This document shows positions 53,570 to 63,142 of a DNA stretch of 64,000 nt, in pieces; the first letter of the stretch is position 1; each line of letters starts with the position of its first letter. The DNA comes from a virus (taxonomy: Duplodnaviria; Caudoviricetes). The stretch lies in IMG/VR virus record IMGVR_UViG_2825118518_000002, positions 50,217 to 114,216 of that record; one strand, written 5' to 3'. The translations under genes and the position numbers were made by a program. Below the pieces are notes generated by a model. That model searched no databases and had not been told where the DNA came from. It saw only the letters and a program-made list of their open reading frames with translations.

Positions 53570-54133
53570 TTTTTCGCAGCGGTTTCTCGGTTTTTCGCAT
53601 CGGGAGGGCATAGCTCTACCCTTTTCTGCCTGACAGGGGATGGAAGCGAAGCTCCCTACCGTCAGTCCCGGACCAAGGGAACCCGTTTGACCGGGCGCAT
53701 ACTCAGTGCCTTTTCCGCCGCAAGCGACGTATGAGCCTTCCACCGCTCATGCCTTGCTCCGATTTTTCCCGGCTCGGAGCAGCTTCCAGCTTTACCCTTC
53801 TGGTCAGGAAGGAGGAGGCTGAAGCCGTGGGACCGTCAGGGGGATGCCCTGTTCCGTCAGGCCCTGGCGGCTATGGGTCACGCCATCCAGGTATTTTTTG
53901 ATTCCGCTCCTGACTGGCGAGCGGCGACCGCGATGGGATTGATCACCTGATGATCGGTGGCGCGGGACAATGCCCTTGAAAAACCGCTGCCGTTTGAGCC
54001 TCTGAACACATCATCTTGGCGGGAACCTCCGATCAGGCCCAAGATTTTGCGTTTTTCAGCCACTCTCAGCAGCTTTTCGCTTCCATCAATTGTTGTGATG
54101 TGTTAAGCGAAACGTATCAACTTAGCTGCATTG

Positions 54134-54170
54134 AGCGCCGGTCGGATCACCCCGCCGGCGCTTTTCTTTT
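54134..54170 (+). terminator. Rho-independent terminator upstream of PL
   Basis: AGCGCCGG...CCGGCGCT followed by TTTCTTTT. Confidence 0.75.
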
Positions 54171-54200
54171 GCGCCATCCCGATTTCGATGTCAAATATTT

Positions 54201-54253
54201 TGCGTCATTTCATGTTACACGTCGGTTGACACTGTCGCATTATCTGTTACATT
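54201..54253 (+). promoter_or_regulatory. OL operators and PL promoter
   Basis: TGCGTCA-N5-TGTTACA (54201-54219) and TGTCGCA-N5-TGTTACA (54233-54251), same consensus as OR; TTGACA at 54226 and TACATT -10. Confidence 0.8.
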
Positions 54254-54331
54254 CCTCCTCACAAACCGATCACGACTGACTAGCCCACGGGCTCAGAGAA
54301 ACGGGATCGGCGGCACGAAGAGGACCGGGAA

Positions 54332-54595
54332 ATGCAGCACATCCGCCAGATCGAGACAGAGCAGAGCAAGCGCGACGCCCGCTGGAACGGTGCCCGCGAC
54401 CTGGCCGACTGTGACGTCTACATGGCGATCGAAGCGCAGCGCTACGGCGCCCTCGGCTTCGAAAAGATGCACGAGCCGCAGAACACCATCAAAGGCCCGG
54501 TCTTCATGCGCGGCTACCGGTTCGCGGTCGAGGGCCACTACCGCTACGCCCGCGAGATCATGGGCCTCAAGGATGAGGATCAGTTTTATGCGTAA
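54332..54595 (+). CDS. Hypothetical protein, first early-left gene
   Basis: GAGGA RBS; 87 aa. Confidence 0.7.
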   Translation: MQHIRQIETEQSKRDARWNGARDLADCDVYMAIEAQRYGALGFEKMHEPQNTIKGPVFMRGYRFAVEGHYRYAREIMGLKDEDQFYA

Positions 54596-54707
54596 GGCCC
54601 GGGCTGACTGGCGCCCCAGCGAGAGCGCGAGGCTTGAGGATCACTTTTCAATCGCAGCCGAATAACGAATTCAACCTGCCGCTAGACGGCACGACAGAGG
54701 GAAGACA

Positions 54708-55454
54708 ATGAAATTCGACGTTCTTGACCGGTATACCGGCGAAGTAAAATTCACAGCTGACATTGAGTGCAAGGAGGACGCCCTTCCGTCTCTCAAACTT
54801 GGTTTGGCTGTGAAGTGGGCTATCAAGGGAAAGGCCGACCTGCGCTCCGCCAACCTGCGCTCCGCCGACCTGAGCTCCGCCAACCTGCGCTCCGCCAACC
54901 TGCGCTCCGCCGACCTGAGCTCCGCCAACCTGAGCTCCGCCAACCTGAGCTACGCCGACCTGAGCTCCGCCAACCTGAGCTACGCCAACCTGCGCTCCGC
55001 CGACCTGCGCTCCGCCGACCTGCGCTCCGCCAACCTGCGCTCCGCCGACCTGCGCTCCGCCAACCTGCGCTCCGCCGACCTGAGCTACGCCGACCTGCGC
55101 TCCGCCGACCTGCGCTCCGCCGAGAATGCGGAAATGGCTGTCGCCATGACGCGCATCCTCCCAGAAGGCGATCTGATCGGCTGGAAGAAGTGCAGGAACG
55201 GTGTGATCGTCAAGCTTCGCATTCCTGAGACGGCGAAGCGCTCGCATGCTTTTGGGCGGAAGTGCCGAGCCGAATATGCCGACGTTATCGAGGTGATCGG
55301 CGAAGGCAAAGCGATTTCGCTTCACGATGGCAAGACCGAATACATCGCCGGCACCCGCGTCACTCCCGACAGCTTCGATGAGAACTGGTTCGAGGAATGC
55401 TCCAGCGGGATCCACTTCTTCATCACGCGACTAGAGGCGGAAGCCTACGTCTGA
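54708..55454 (+). CDS. Pentapeptide repeat protein with conserved C-terminal phage domain
   Basis: 19 A(D/N)L(R/S)(S/Y) units; C-terminal IGWKKC..IVKLRIP..KCRAE..ECSSGIHFFITR. Confidence 0.9.
   Translation: MKFDVLDRYTGEVKFTADIECKEDALPSLKLGLAVKWAIKGKADLRSANLRSADLSSANLRSANLRSADLSSANLSSANLSYADLSSANLSYANLRSADLRSADLRSANLRSADLRSANLRSADLSYADLRSADLRSAENAEMAVAMTRILPEGDLIGWKKCRNGVIVKLRIPETAKRSHAFGRKCRAEYADVIEVIGEGKAISLHDGKTEYIAGTRVTPDSFDENWFEECSSGIHFFITRLEAEAYV
54834..55118 (+). repeat. 15-bp coding tandem repeat, 19 units
   Basis: GCC(G/A)ACCTG(C/A)GCT(C/A)C repeated without interruption. Confidence 0.95.
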
Positions 55455-55697
55455 CCGCCCTCCCCACCCATCCCCAGACTACGAGGTAACGAAGATGGCA
55501 GAGACAGACTCCGGAATGGGAAAAGGCAATCAAACCATGAGAATAGTTATGACCATCTTTGACGTCATAGCGGCTGTAGCACTCCACTGGATCCTGAATC
55601 TGGCCATGGGGTCAACCTCCTTCCCGAAGGTCGAGAACGTAGCTATGACACTGGCTATCTTAGCTCTCCTTCGGCTGCGCGAAAAAGGCGGTGCAGC

Positions 55698-55892
55698 ATG
55701 AACCGCGACCAATTCCTCCTCGATGCCTACGAGGAAAAGCTGGCCATCGCCAGGTCCGCCTTCGTCAAGGCCCAGCGGGAAACAGCCTATTTGGAGCGCC
55801 AGATCGCCGACCTCAAGCGCGAGACGGCTCCCGACTACCGCGGCGAGGTTCCGGCGCTTCAGTCTGCTCTCGTACAGGGAGCGCGGATCTGA
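55698..55892 (+). CDS. Small coiled-coil protein
   Basis: 64 aa; coupled to neighbours. Confidence 0.55.
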   Translation: MNRDQFLLDAYEEKLAIARSAFVKAQRETAYLERQIADLKRETAPDYRGEVPALQSALVQGARI

Positions 55893-56152
55893 TGGCCGAC
55901 GTCAACATCACCCCGCGCATCTCATGCGACAACTGCGGCCATACAGTCGACAAGCAGCAGGAAGGCTCGTACACGAGCCGATCGTTCAAGAAGCCTCGGG
56001 ATTGGGGCTCGCTGAAGATCGAGGGCTCCCGCAACGTCGACAGCTACGGCGGCAAGGACCGGCTGGATTTAACCGACCTTTGCCCGAAATGCGCGACGGC
56101 TGCGCTCGATGCTGCTGCATCCGTGCTCAAGACGACGCGGGGCGAAGAGTGA
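55892..56152 (+). CDS. Small zinc-finger protein
   Basis: SCDNCG...DLCPKC. Confidence 0.7.
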   Translation: MADVNITPRISCDNCGHTVDKQQEGSYTSRSFKKPRDWGSLKIEGSRNVDSYGGKDRLDLTDLCPKCATAALDAAASVLKTTRGEE

Positions 56153-56553
56153 TGAGCCGCGCGCCCATGAAACTCTACTGCTGCGGCTGCAAAGGCGAGG
56201 TGCAGGCCCGTCTGGTCACCGGCAAGGAAACCTATCCTCACCGGCGTGACCTTCACGACCTGCCGTTTTGGCGCTGTGACACCTGCGGCAACTTCGTCGG
56301 CTGCCACCACAAGACCAAGGATCGGACGCGACCACTCGGCTGCATCCCGACGCCTGAAATAAAATCGGTCCGGTCCGAGATACACAAGGTCATCGACCCG
56401 ATCTGGAAGTCTGGTCGCGTCGGTCGGCGCGAGCTCTACGGCATGATCGCCCACGTGATCGGCGTCGACGAATACCACACCGCAAACATCAACAGCATCG
56501 ATCAGGCCAACGAGGTTCTGCGCGTCGCGAAAGATCTGGGAGCAGCGTTATGA
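56152..56553 (+). CDS. DUF3268-like zinc-finger protein
   Basis: YPHR.DL...FWRCDTCGNFVGCH..PLG...HKVIDPIWKSG. Confidence 0.8.
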   Translation: MSRAPMKLYCCGCKGEVQARLVTGKETYPHRRDLHDLPFWRCDTCGNFVGCHHKTKDRTRPLGCIPTPEIKSVRSEIHKVIDPIWKSGRVGRRELYGMIAHVIGVDEYHTANINSIDQANEVLRVAKDLGAAL

Positions 56554-56756
56554 GTGAAATCCAAGTCAAGCTCGCCGCCATTAACCGCCGTGCCGCCGAG
56601 GCTCAAGCCGCCCGCGACCGTCAATTCTGGTTACTCATCGGCCTGCACATGCTCGTCATCGTCGGAGCCCTGATGCTCTTCGTGTCGATCCCCCGCGCGC
56701 AGGCCGTCCTTCACCAGCAAGACCTTATCGCACAGGAGAGCGTTCGCCATGGATAA
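56550..56756 (+). CDS. Small membrane protein
   Basis: Single TM segment; ATGA coupling. Confidence 0.55.
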   Translation: MSEIQVKLAAINRRAAEAQAARDRQFWLLIGLHMLVIVGALMLFVSIPRAQAVLHQQDLIAQESVRHG

Positions 56757-57756
56757 GATTATCGATCAGGATTCTTTCCAGTCCATCGCGTCTATCTCCA
56801 GCGGCCTGATCGGCGGCATCGGATCAGAGCAGAGATGGAACGGCAAGCAGATCATTCGCCGCGGCATCTACGCCGGAGTCCCGATCGAAGACTATCATGG
56901 CAAGATCGATCTGTTCGATGGGTTCTCGATTTCCAGTTCCGGCCTTCGTTCCGTACTCCGCCGGCCTTCCGAATATTGGGGTTTCTCGCCCTACAACCCG
57001 GATGCCTTCGAGCGCCCTGAAAAAGATAGCCTGGAGTTCGGCAAGGCGGCTCACATGCTGTTGCTGGGCGAGGAAGGCTTCAAGGAGCGCTATTCGCTCC
57101 GCCCAGCCACATACCCAGACGGCAAGGGCGCGGAGAAGCCGTGGAGCGGCCAATCGAACTGGTGCAAGGCTTGGCTCGCTGACCAGGCTAAGGTCGGCAA
57201 GGTCGTCATCACCGAAACGGATATCGGGCATATTCGCCAGATCGCGACCGCTCTTTCCAAGAAGGAGGCTATCCGCCTCGGCATTCTGAACGGTCGCATC
57301 GAGCGTAGCTTGTTCTGCAAGGACGGCGATATCTGGCTCAAGACGCGGCCTGACGTGGTGCCGAACGATAGCGGCGACTTCGTGGATCTGAAGACGGCGG
57401 CGTCGGTCGATGACGAAAGCCTGTCCAAGGCAATTTTCAGTCACGGATATCACGTCCAGGCCGGCTTGCTCCGGATGATCGTCCGCCAGGTTCTCGGCGC
57501 CGACGCGTTCTCAAGCTTCACTTTCGTCTTCGTCGAGAAAGCTCCGCCCTACGATGTCCGCGTCATGCAGTTGAAAGACGAGGATATAGACCTCGGCGAG
57601 CGCCAGGCGCGCGTCGCGATCGAGACGGTCAAACGCTGCCTCAAGGAGGGCGTTTGGCCGGGCTTCGACGGGTTCGACCGAGAGATGGTCGGATATGCCG
57701 AAATGCCTGCCTGGGCAAAAACTCGCATCAAAAATCAATTGGGGATCGCAGCATGA
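56749..57756 (+). CDS. RecE-like PD-(D/E)XK exonuclease (exonuclease VIII C-terminal family)
   Basis: ISSSGL, FGKAAH, IERS, KTRPD, VDLKT, GYHVQAG, FVFVEKAPPY. Confidence 0.88.
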   Translation: MDKIIDQDSFQSIASISSGLIGGIGSEQRWNGKQIIRRGIYAGVPIEDYHGKIDLFDGFSISSSGLRSVLRRPSEYWGFSPYNPDAFERPEKDSLEFGKAAHMLLLGEEGFKERYSLRPATYPDGKGAEKPWSGQSNWCKAWLADQAKVGKVVITETDIGHIRQIATALSKKEAIRLGILNGRIERSLFCKDGDIWLKTRPDVVPNDSGDFVDLKTAASVDDESLSKAIFSHGYHVQAGLLRMIVRQVLGADAFSSFTFVFVEKAPPYDVRVMQLKDEDIDLGERQARVAIETVKRCLKEGVWPGFDGFDREMVGYAEMPAWAKTRIKNQLGIAA

Positions 57757-58958
57757 ACCAGCTCGCAGAACGAACCGAACGCCTTCCTATGGATTCGGTC
57801 GGTATGTCCACCGGAGCCACCGGCGCGAAGATTGCACCTCAGAATCTGGCCGAGGTCGTCAAATTCGCCGAGGTAATGTGCCGGGCTGACATTGCCCTGC
57901 CCAAGCATTTGCGCGGCAACGCCGGCGCCTGCATGGCTGTAGCGCTGCAGGCGCTGGACTGGCAGATGAACCCTTTCGCTGTCGCCTCGAAGTCGTACCA
58001 GGTCAATGGTACGATCGCCTATGAAGCGCAGCTTATCGCCGCCGTCGTCAACACCCGGTCCGGCATCAAAGGCCGCCTGCGCTACAGCTACGAAGGCACC
58101 GGTACCGATATGACCTGCACGGTGTCCGGCACCCTGGATGGCGAAGAATATTCATACACGTCGCCGCCGGTCGGACTGATCACGCCGAAGAACTCACCGC
58201 TGTGGAAGACTGATCAGCAGCAGCAGCTCGGTTACTACAGTGCCCGCTCATGGGCTCGGCGGTACACGCCGGAAGTCATCCTCGGTGTCTACGACCGTGA
58301 GGAGGCCGAACAATTCCAAGGACCAGACAACGCGCGCGACATCACCCCGCAGCCGTCGGTCATGCAGCGATTGCGCCAGAACGCCGCGCACCGGCCCGAG
58401 GGCGAGCGCGAAGGCTTCGATGCGTCCTTCGTCCACTCCGAGACCGAAACGGCTCAGGCGGGCGATATTTTTGATGACGATTTAGAATCCGGCGACGCCC
58501 CCGTCCCGCCGGACGCAGCCGCGGGGTCCCTCATACCCGCGTCTGCCGAGCCTGCTGGTGCCGCGCCGGCAGGCTCCCCCATTCCTGATGCAACGGAAAC
58601 ACCCGTGGCGGACCTTGCTTCAGGAGAAGACCCGGCCGGCGGCGCAGAGACCGCCCCATCTCAGCCGCCGGCGGGTTCACGCGACCCGGAAACGGAGACG
58701 CTTATCCAGTTCGCTCGAGATGTTCTGCCGATGGCTGCCGACCGGGAAGCGACTGGCGCGGCACTGAAGGCGATCGAGAACGAATGGGCGCCGAAGATCA
58801 AGGCGCTCTCGCCCGACGGCCAGGCCAAGGCCACCAGCATATCGAAATCCATGCGGGCGATCTTCAACGGAAATACGAGCCTGGAGAGCGCGATCGATTA
58901 TTACGCCGATGTGCTCGGGTGCTCGGTCGAGGAGTTGGGAGGGCGCGCCAATGGCTGA
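57753..58958 (+). CDS. recT: RecT family single-strand annealing protein with long C-terminal extension
   Basis: LPKHLRGN.GAC, WQMNPFAVA, AYEAQL, NSPLWK, WARRYTPEVILGVY. Confidence 0.88.
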   Translation: MNQLAERTERLPMDSVGMSTGATGAKIAPQNLAEVVKFAEVMCRADIALPKHLRGNAGACMAVALQALDWQMNPFAVASKSYQVNGTIAYEAQLIAAVVNTRSGIKGRLRYSYEGTGTDMTCTVSGTLDGEEYSYTSPPVGLITPKNSPLWKTDQQQQLGYYSARSWARRYTPEVILGVYDREEAEQFQGPDNARDITPQPSVMQRLRQNAAHRPEGEREGFDASFVHSETETAQAGDIFDDDLESGDAPVPPDAAAGSLIPASAEPAGAAPAGSPIPDATETPVADLASGEDPAGGAETAPSQPPAGSRDPETETLIQFARDVLPMAADREATGAALKAIENEWAPKIKALSPDGQAKATSISKSMRAIFNGNTSLESAIDYYADVLGCSVEELGGRANG

Positions 58959-59238
58959 TCCGTTCGACGTCGCCACTGAGGCGGTCAGGAAGGAAATTGC
59001 CGACGTCATCCACCGCTATTGGACATTGGCACCGGAAACGGCCGATCTCCCTCCGGAGACCAAATTCCAGGCGATCATGACCGCCCTCACCGTCTCGTTG
59101 GCGGCCACGATGAAGATCATGGTCACCGCACCAGATACGCATCTTATCGAGATGATCCGTGGATCTCTGCCGGCGGCGTTTGCCACGGCGGACGGGATTA
59201 TCGCTGGAGAGGCGGATCCGAGGGAGGTCAGGCATTGA
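58951..59238 (+). CDS. Hypothetical protein
   Basis: GGAGG RBS; 95 aa. Confidence 0.6.
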   Translation: MADPFDVATEAVRKEIADVIHRYWTLAPETADLPPETKFQAIMTALTVSLAATMKIMVTAPDTHLIEMIRGSLPAAFATADGIIAGEADPREVRH

Positions 59239-59491
59239 GCACGATCTTCGACAAAGAGATGCAGGCGGCTCTCGAAGCCGACGGCGAATATCTCCGCCAG
59301 ATGACTGGCGAGGATCATGGCCCCTACTTCTTCGTCACCTGCGATGCCTGCGGTGGCGAAGGACTGATTTCCAAGCGTGCCACGGTCTATGAGGCTGGAT
59401 GCGCCGTCCCCCACGACGATACCGAAGAGCGCGAATGCAAAGAATGCGACGGCTTCGGTACGGTCCTCCCTCAAGGTGGGGTGCCGCTCTG

Positions 59492-59932
59492 ATGTCCCGT
59501 CGCGAGTTCACCCGTAACCAGAAAGAGCAGATCGTCGAGCGTTCCAAAGATCATCTCGGTCGCATCTGCTGCGAGCGCTGCAAGCTCGTCCTTGCCGGCA
59601 AGCCGTACGATATCGATCACATCATAGCCGAGGCGCTACGGCCCGAAGCCGACAAGCAACGCAAGATCACGATCGCCGAAGGCCAGCTCCTCTGCTTCTG
59701 CTGCCACCGCGGCGAAGACGGCAAGACCAACAAGGATGTCACGGCGATCGCCAAGGCGAAGCGGGTCTATAACCGCGCCAACGGGATTAAGTCTCCAAAG
59801 CAGAAGATCCGCAGCCCCGGCTTTCCAATCTCGGAGAAGGTAGCCAGGCGGCAGGCTAAACCGCCACTTCCGCCGCGCCAGCTTTTCGCGCCGGCCGCCA
59901 TCATCAACCAGCACACGGAGGGGAAGCCATGA
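59492..59932 (+). CDS. HNH endonuclease (McrA-like, zinc-binding)
   Basis: RREFT, CERC, DIDHII, LLCFCCH, KT.KD...IAK.KR. Confidence 0.85.
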   Translation: MSRREFTRNQKEQIVERSKDHLGRICCERCKLVLAGKPYDIDHIIAEALRPEADKQRKITIAEGQLLCFCCHRGEDGKTNKDVTAIAKAKRVYNRANGIKSPKQKIRSPGFPISEKVARRQAKPPLPPRQLFAPAAIINQHTEGKP

Positions 59933-60246
59933 CGAAACTGCATCTTGCCCTGAAAGCGGAATACTTCGACGCGATCTGCGACGGAACGAAGCCCGAGGAA
60001 TACCGGCTTGCTAACGCCTTCTGGAAGAAGCGCCTTATCGTCGGTGGCGAACGCGGCATCCTTCATCGCTCGTTCGACGGGATAGTTCTCACCAAAGGCT
60101 ACCCGAAGCGCGACGATCAGTCCCGGCGCATCGAGCTTCCTTGGCGCGGCTTCATCCGCAAGACGATCACCCATCCACATTTCGGCGCCGATCCGGTCGA
60201 AGTCTACGCCATCGACGTTTCTGCCACCAAGGAGCCCACACCATGA
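59929..60246 (+). CDS. ASCH domain protein
   Basis: LHLALKAEYFDAICDGTKPEEYR...W.KRL...GYP. Confidence 0.85.
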   Translation: MTKLHLALKAEYFDAICDGTKPEEYRLANAFWKKRLIVGGERGILHRSFDGIVLTKGYPKRDDQSRRIELPWRGFIRKTITHPHFGADPVEVYAIDVSATKEPTP

Positions 60247-61082
60247 CCACAAATAGCAGAGCGCCGATAACTGATGATGAGCTTGAGCACTGGGCAAGGC
60301 TGCGGGCCGATGATGCAGGCCATTTGGCCCGCGAACTCATCACGTATCGCCGTGGCGATGCCGCCTATCCGCACTTGAAAGCGCTAAAGACGATCGCCGC
60401 GCCTCGTGAATGCGGCTGTTCGCCAGTATGCCAATGCAATACCGAAGAAGCGCTCAAGATTGAGGTCGATTATCTCAAGGATCTCGCCCTCTCCGCCCTC
60501 GCCCCGCAGGCCGGCGATAATGCGGAGGAGCCGGTGGCGTGGCGGTGGGAGAGCGCTTATGGCGGGGAACCTCTTATCGGCAAGTGGAATGTCGCCACTG
60601 TGAAGCCGACCCGCTTTAGCGATGCGACAGCGTTCGCATGCGAACCGCTCTACACCCACCAATGCACCTCAACACCAGTTGTCTCTCAGAATGCACCGGA
60701 TTTGGAAGAGGGAGGGGATGGCGACATTATAAAAGCGATCTGCAAGGCAGTTGTGCTTGGCGAAGACGAAAACTATAAGCCTGTCCATCTTGAGCCTCGG
60801 GAAGCGCGTCAGGCTATAGCAGCTTACTTGGAGGCGTCATGGCGCCCGATCTCCGAAGCCGACAAAAGCGTTGATCGCGTCTACGAGCTTGGTGAACTTC
60901 GGATAGCCAATTCCGAAGAATATTGGGTCCGCGACGAAGACGGCCGAATCTATCAAGCGACGTGGGCCGACGACGGCAAGCGCGCATATTGGTGGGATTT
61001 GGAGGGCGAAAGCCCTGTCGACCCTGTCGAGTTCATGCCGCACCCGCTCGATCCAAGTTTTCATTCTGAGGTGAAGTCATGA
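60243..61082 (+). CDS. Mosaic Ea/DUF551-like phage protein
   Basis: EPVAW...PLY and WRPISEA...PVEFMP modules. Confidence 0.65.
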   Translation: MTTNSRAPITDDELEHWARLRADDAGHLARELITYRRGDAAYPHLKALKTIAAPRECGCSPVCQCNTEEALKIEVDYLKDLALSALAPQAGDNAEEPVAWRWESAYGGEPLIGKWNVATVKPTRFSDATAFACEPLYTHQCTSTPVVSQNAPDLEEGGDGDIIKAICKAVVLGEDENYKPVHLEPREARQAIAAYLEASWRPISEADKSVDRVYELGELRIANSEEYWVRDEDGRIYQATWADDGKRAYWWDLEGESPVDPVEFMPHPLDPSFHSEVKS

Positions 61083-61291
61083 CACAGATTACCGATGGCC
61101 GTCTTTCTAGGCATGAGGCTGCTGCACTGGCTAGCGCCAGCAAAGACGCACCAACGCTCAAAAGCGATCTGCGGAATATTCTGGATTGGCTCGACGCTAA
61201 AGCTCCTGCACAAGCTTACAAGGAAGAGCGCAAGCGCCTTCGAGCTTGGCTCAAGTACGGCACATATATCGTTGCAGGAGATGAAAGATGA
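61079..61291 (+). CDS. Hypothetical protein
   Basis: GAGGTG RBS; 70 aa. Confidence 0.55.
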   Translation: MTQITDGRLSRHEAAALASASKDAPTLKSDLRNILDWLDAKAPAQAYKEERKRLRAWLKYGTYIVAGDER

Positions 61292-61601
61292 GCCGTGGCG
61301 AGATTATCCGTCATAATGCCAAACTCATCTTGAGGAACGTGCGCGGCAAGAGCGCGGAGGAACGGAGACTGATTTTCGCCGTCTTAAGGCTGGGGCCGCT
61401 TGGACTACCACTAGCATTGGTCCAAAGCAGGGGGAGATCGAGCGGCTTAGGGAGGCGCTGAAGCTCGCAGAACCATACGTTGAAATCTGTCACTCGCTTA
61501 TGACCAGCAACGACACTCGCTCTATGGCATGGGCCGCATTGAAGCAGGTCCGCGCCGCCCTCATTCCACAGCAGAAGGGGAACGCCGATGGCAAGCAATG
61601 A
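61288..61601 (+). pseudogene. Possible frameshifted or nonsense-interrupted small phage gene
   Basis: Coupled ATG at 61288 gives only 57 aa; a phage-typical EIERLREALK...VRAAL tail is in another frame that is open from 61317 to 61601. Confidence 0.35.
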
Positions 61602-61908
61602 AGCCGATATCCGGAACTCTGCGCTGGAAGAGGCGGCGAAAGCATTGGAAGATGCGGCACCAATCGAGGATACGCCAGAACGGCTTGTTCCCTTCCACGA
61701 TTGTATGGGCGAGTTGCTCGGGGAGTTCGTGGAACCAGCCGGCCACAAGTGGAGACTTATGTCTGGCAAAAAAGCTGCGGGTATCGTCCGCGCGCTGAAG
61801 TCCGACCCTGCACCAGTTCCCGACCCCAAGCCCTTCACGTTTGCTGATCCCTCGGCCCAACGGGAGTGGGAGCGACACAAGGCGGAGAGTAAACGGAGGG
61901 GCGAATGA
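61588..61908 (+). CDS. Hypothetical protein
   Basis: RNSALEEAAK...IVRALK motif; 106 aa. Confidence 0.65.
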   Translation: MASNEADIRNSALEEAAKALEDAAPIEDTPERLVPFHDCMGELLGEFVEPAGHKWRLMSGKKAAGIVRALKSDPAPVPDPKPFTFADPSAQREWERHKAESKRRGE

Positions 61909-62279
61909 TGGATATCGAGGACGACGATCCGATTTCACTTGCCGACGCCTGCAAGCTGTTCTTTCGTGGCCGTCTGACGAAATCCTCTCTGCGGACCGAA
62001 GCCCGGAAGGGCAATCTTGAAATCATTCAGATCGCCAACAAGGATTTCGTCACCAAAAACGGGATCAAGAGGATGATTGAAAAATGCCGCAAAAGCGTCG
62101 ACCAGCAAGGCTCTGGCTCAGGCCAGACACCGGAACATGGTTCATCAAGGACGGAGGGCAGCGTATCGGCACGGACTGCTCTGAAGCAGAAGTTGGCCGA
62201 GCGCAAGAAAAGCTCGCCGAATATATCGCCAGCAAATACCGCCCGCAGCGCAGCAGTCGTTCCGCTGAGGTCTCGGTAG
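61905..62279 (+). CDS. xis: Excisionase-like winged-helix protein
   Basis: ISLADAC..F.G.LTKSSLRTEARKGNL.I.QIANKDFVT; overlaps the integrase 5' end. Confidence 0.75.
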   Translation: MMDIEDDDPISLADACKLFFRGRLTKSSLRTEARKGNLEIIQIANKDFVTKNGIKRMIEKCRKSVDQQGSGSGQTPEHGSSRTEGSVSARTALKQKLAERKKSSPNISPANTARSAAVVPLRSR

Positions 62280-63142
62280 GCGACGTGCTGATGGTTTACC
62301 TGGAGGAGAAGTGCCCTTCAACGGCGCGTCCGAAGGAGACCGAATCCATGATCGGCAGGCTCAACGATTTCTTCGGCGACATGCTCTTGACGGAAATCAA
62401 AGGACAGACGTGCCGAGAGTTTGCGTTTGACCGCGGCAATCTCGGCGGCGCTCGACGGGATCTGGAGGTGCTTCGGGCCGCGATCAACTATTACCACGCC
62501 GAAAACACGCTGGACATGGTTCCGAAGGTGACGTTGCCCGAGAAGGGAATGCCTCGGCAGAAGTGGCTGACCAGGCAGGAAGTCGCAAGACTGCTACGCG
62601 CCGCCAGGAACGAGAAACAGTGCGGTCATCTGGTCCGCCTGATCATGATTGGCCTATATACCGGAACTCGCCTGTCCGCCGTCCTGAACCTGCAATGGAT
62701 GCCAAACACGACAGCCGGTCATATAGACCTTGATCGTGGCGTCATCTATCGCAGAGCCGAGGGCGAGCGCGTGGCTCACAACAAGCGACGGACGCCGGTC
62801 AAGGTGCCGCCTCGACTGCTCCGGTTCCTGCGCTATTGGCACAAGGCCGATACGGCGCTGGATTCGGAAGGGCGCCCGATCACGCTTAGGTATGTGGTCA
62901 CATATGCTGGGGAAAAAATCGTCAAGCCGCACAAAGCGTTCAGAACGGTCCGCGATGCGGCCGGCTTTGGCGACGACGTGACGCCTCACGTCCTGCGGCA
63001 CACACGCGCCACATGGCTTGCTCAGGCAGGCGTCGATACCGAGCAGGCAGCGGCCTCACTCGGGCTTACATCGGAAGAGTTCGAGCGGACCTATGCGCAT
63101 GCCAGCCCTGATTTTCAGAGCCAAGCGGCGAACGCGTTCTAA
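62084..63142 (+). CDS. int: Tyrosine recombinase/integrase
   Basis: LYTGTRLS (R), TPHVLRHT (HxxR), ERTYAH (Y); adjacent to att. Confidence 0.93.
   Translation: MPQKRRPARLWLRPDTGTWFIKDGGQRIGTDCSEAEVGRAQEKLAEYIASKYRPQRSSRSAEVSVGDVLMVYLEEKCPSTARPKETESMIGRLNDFFGDMLLTEIKGQTCREFAFDRGNLGGARRDLEVLRAAINYYHAENTLDMVPKVTLPEKGMPRQKWLTRQEVARLLRAARNEKQCGHLVRLIMIGLYTGTRLSAVLNLQWMPNTTAGHIDLDRGVIYRRAEGERVAHNKRRTPVKVPPRLLRFLRYWHKADTALDSEGRPITLRYVVTYAGEKIVKPHKAFRTVRDAAGFGDDVTPHVLRHTRATWLAQAGVDTEQAAASLGLTSEEFERTYAHASPDFQSQAANAF

Noticed and set aside
54834-55118. CRISPR array
   Set aside because: Contiguous 15-bp units with no spacers, in frame within a pentapeptide protein; no cas genes.
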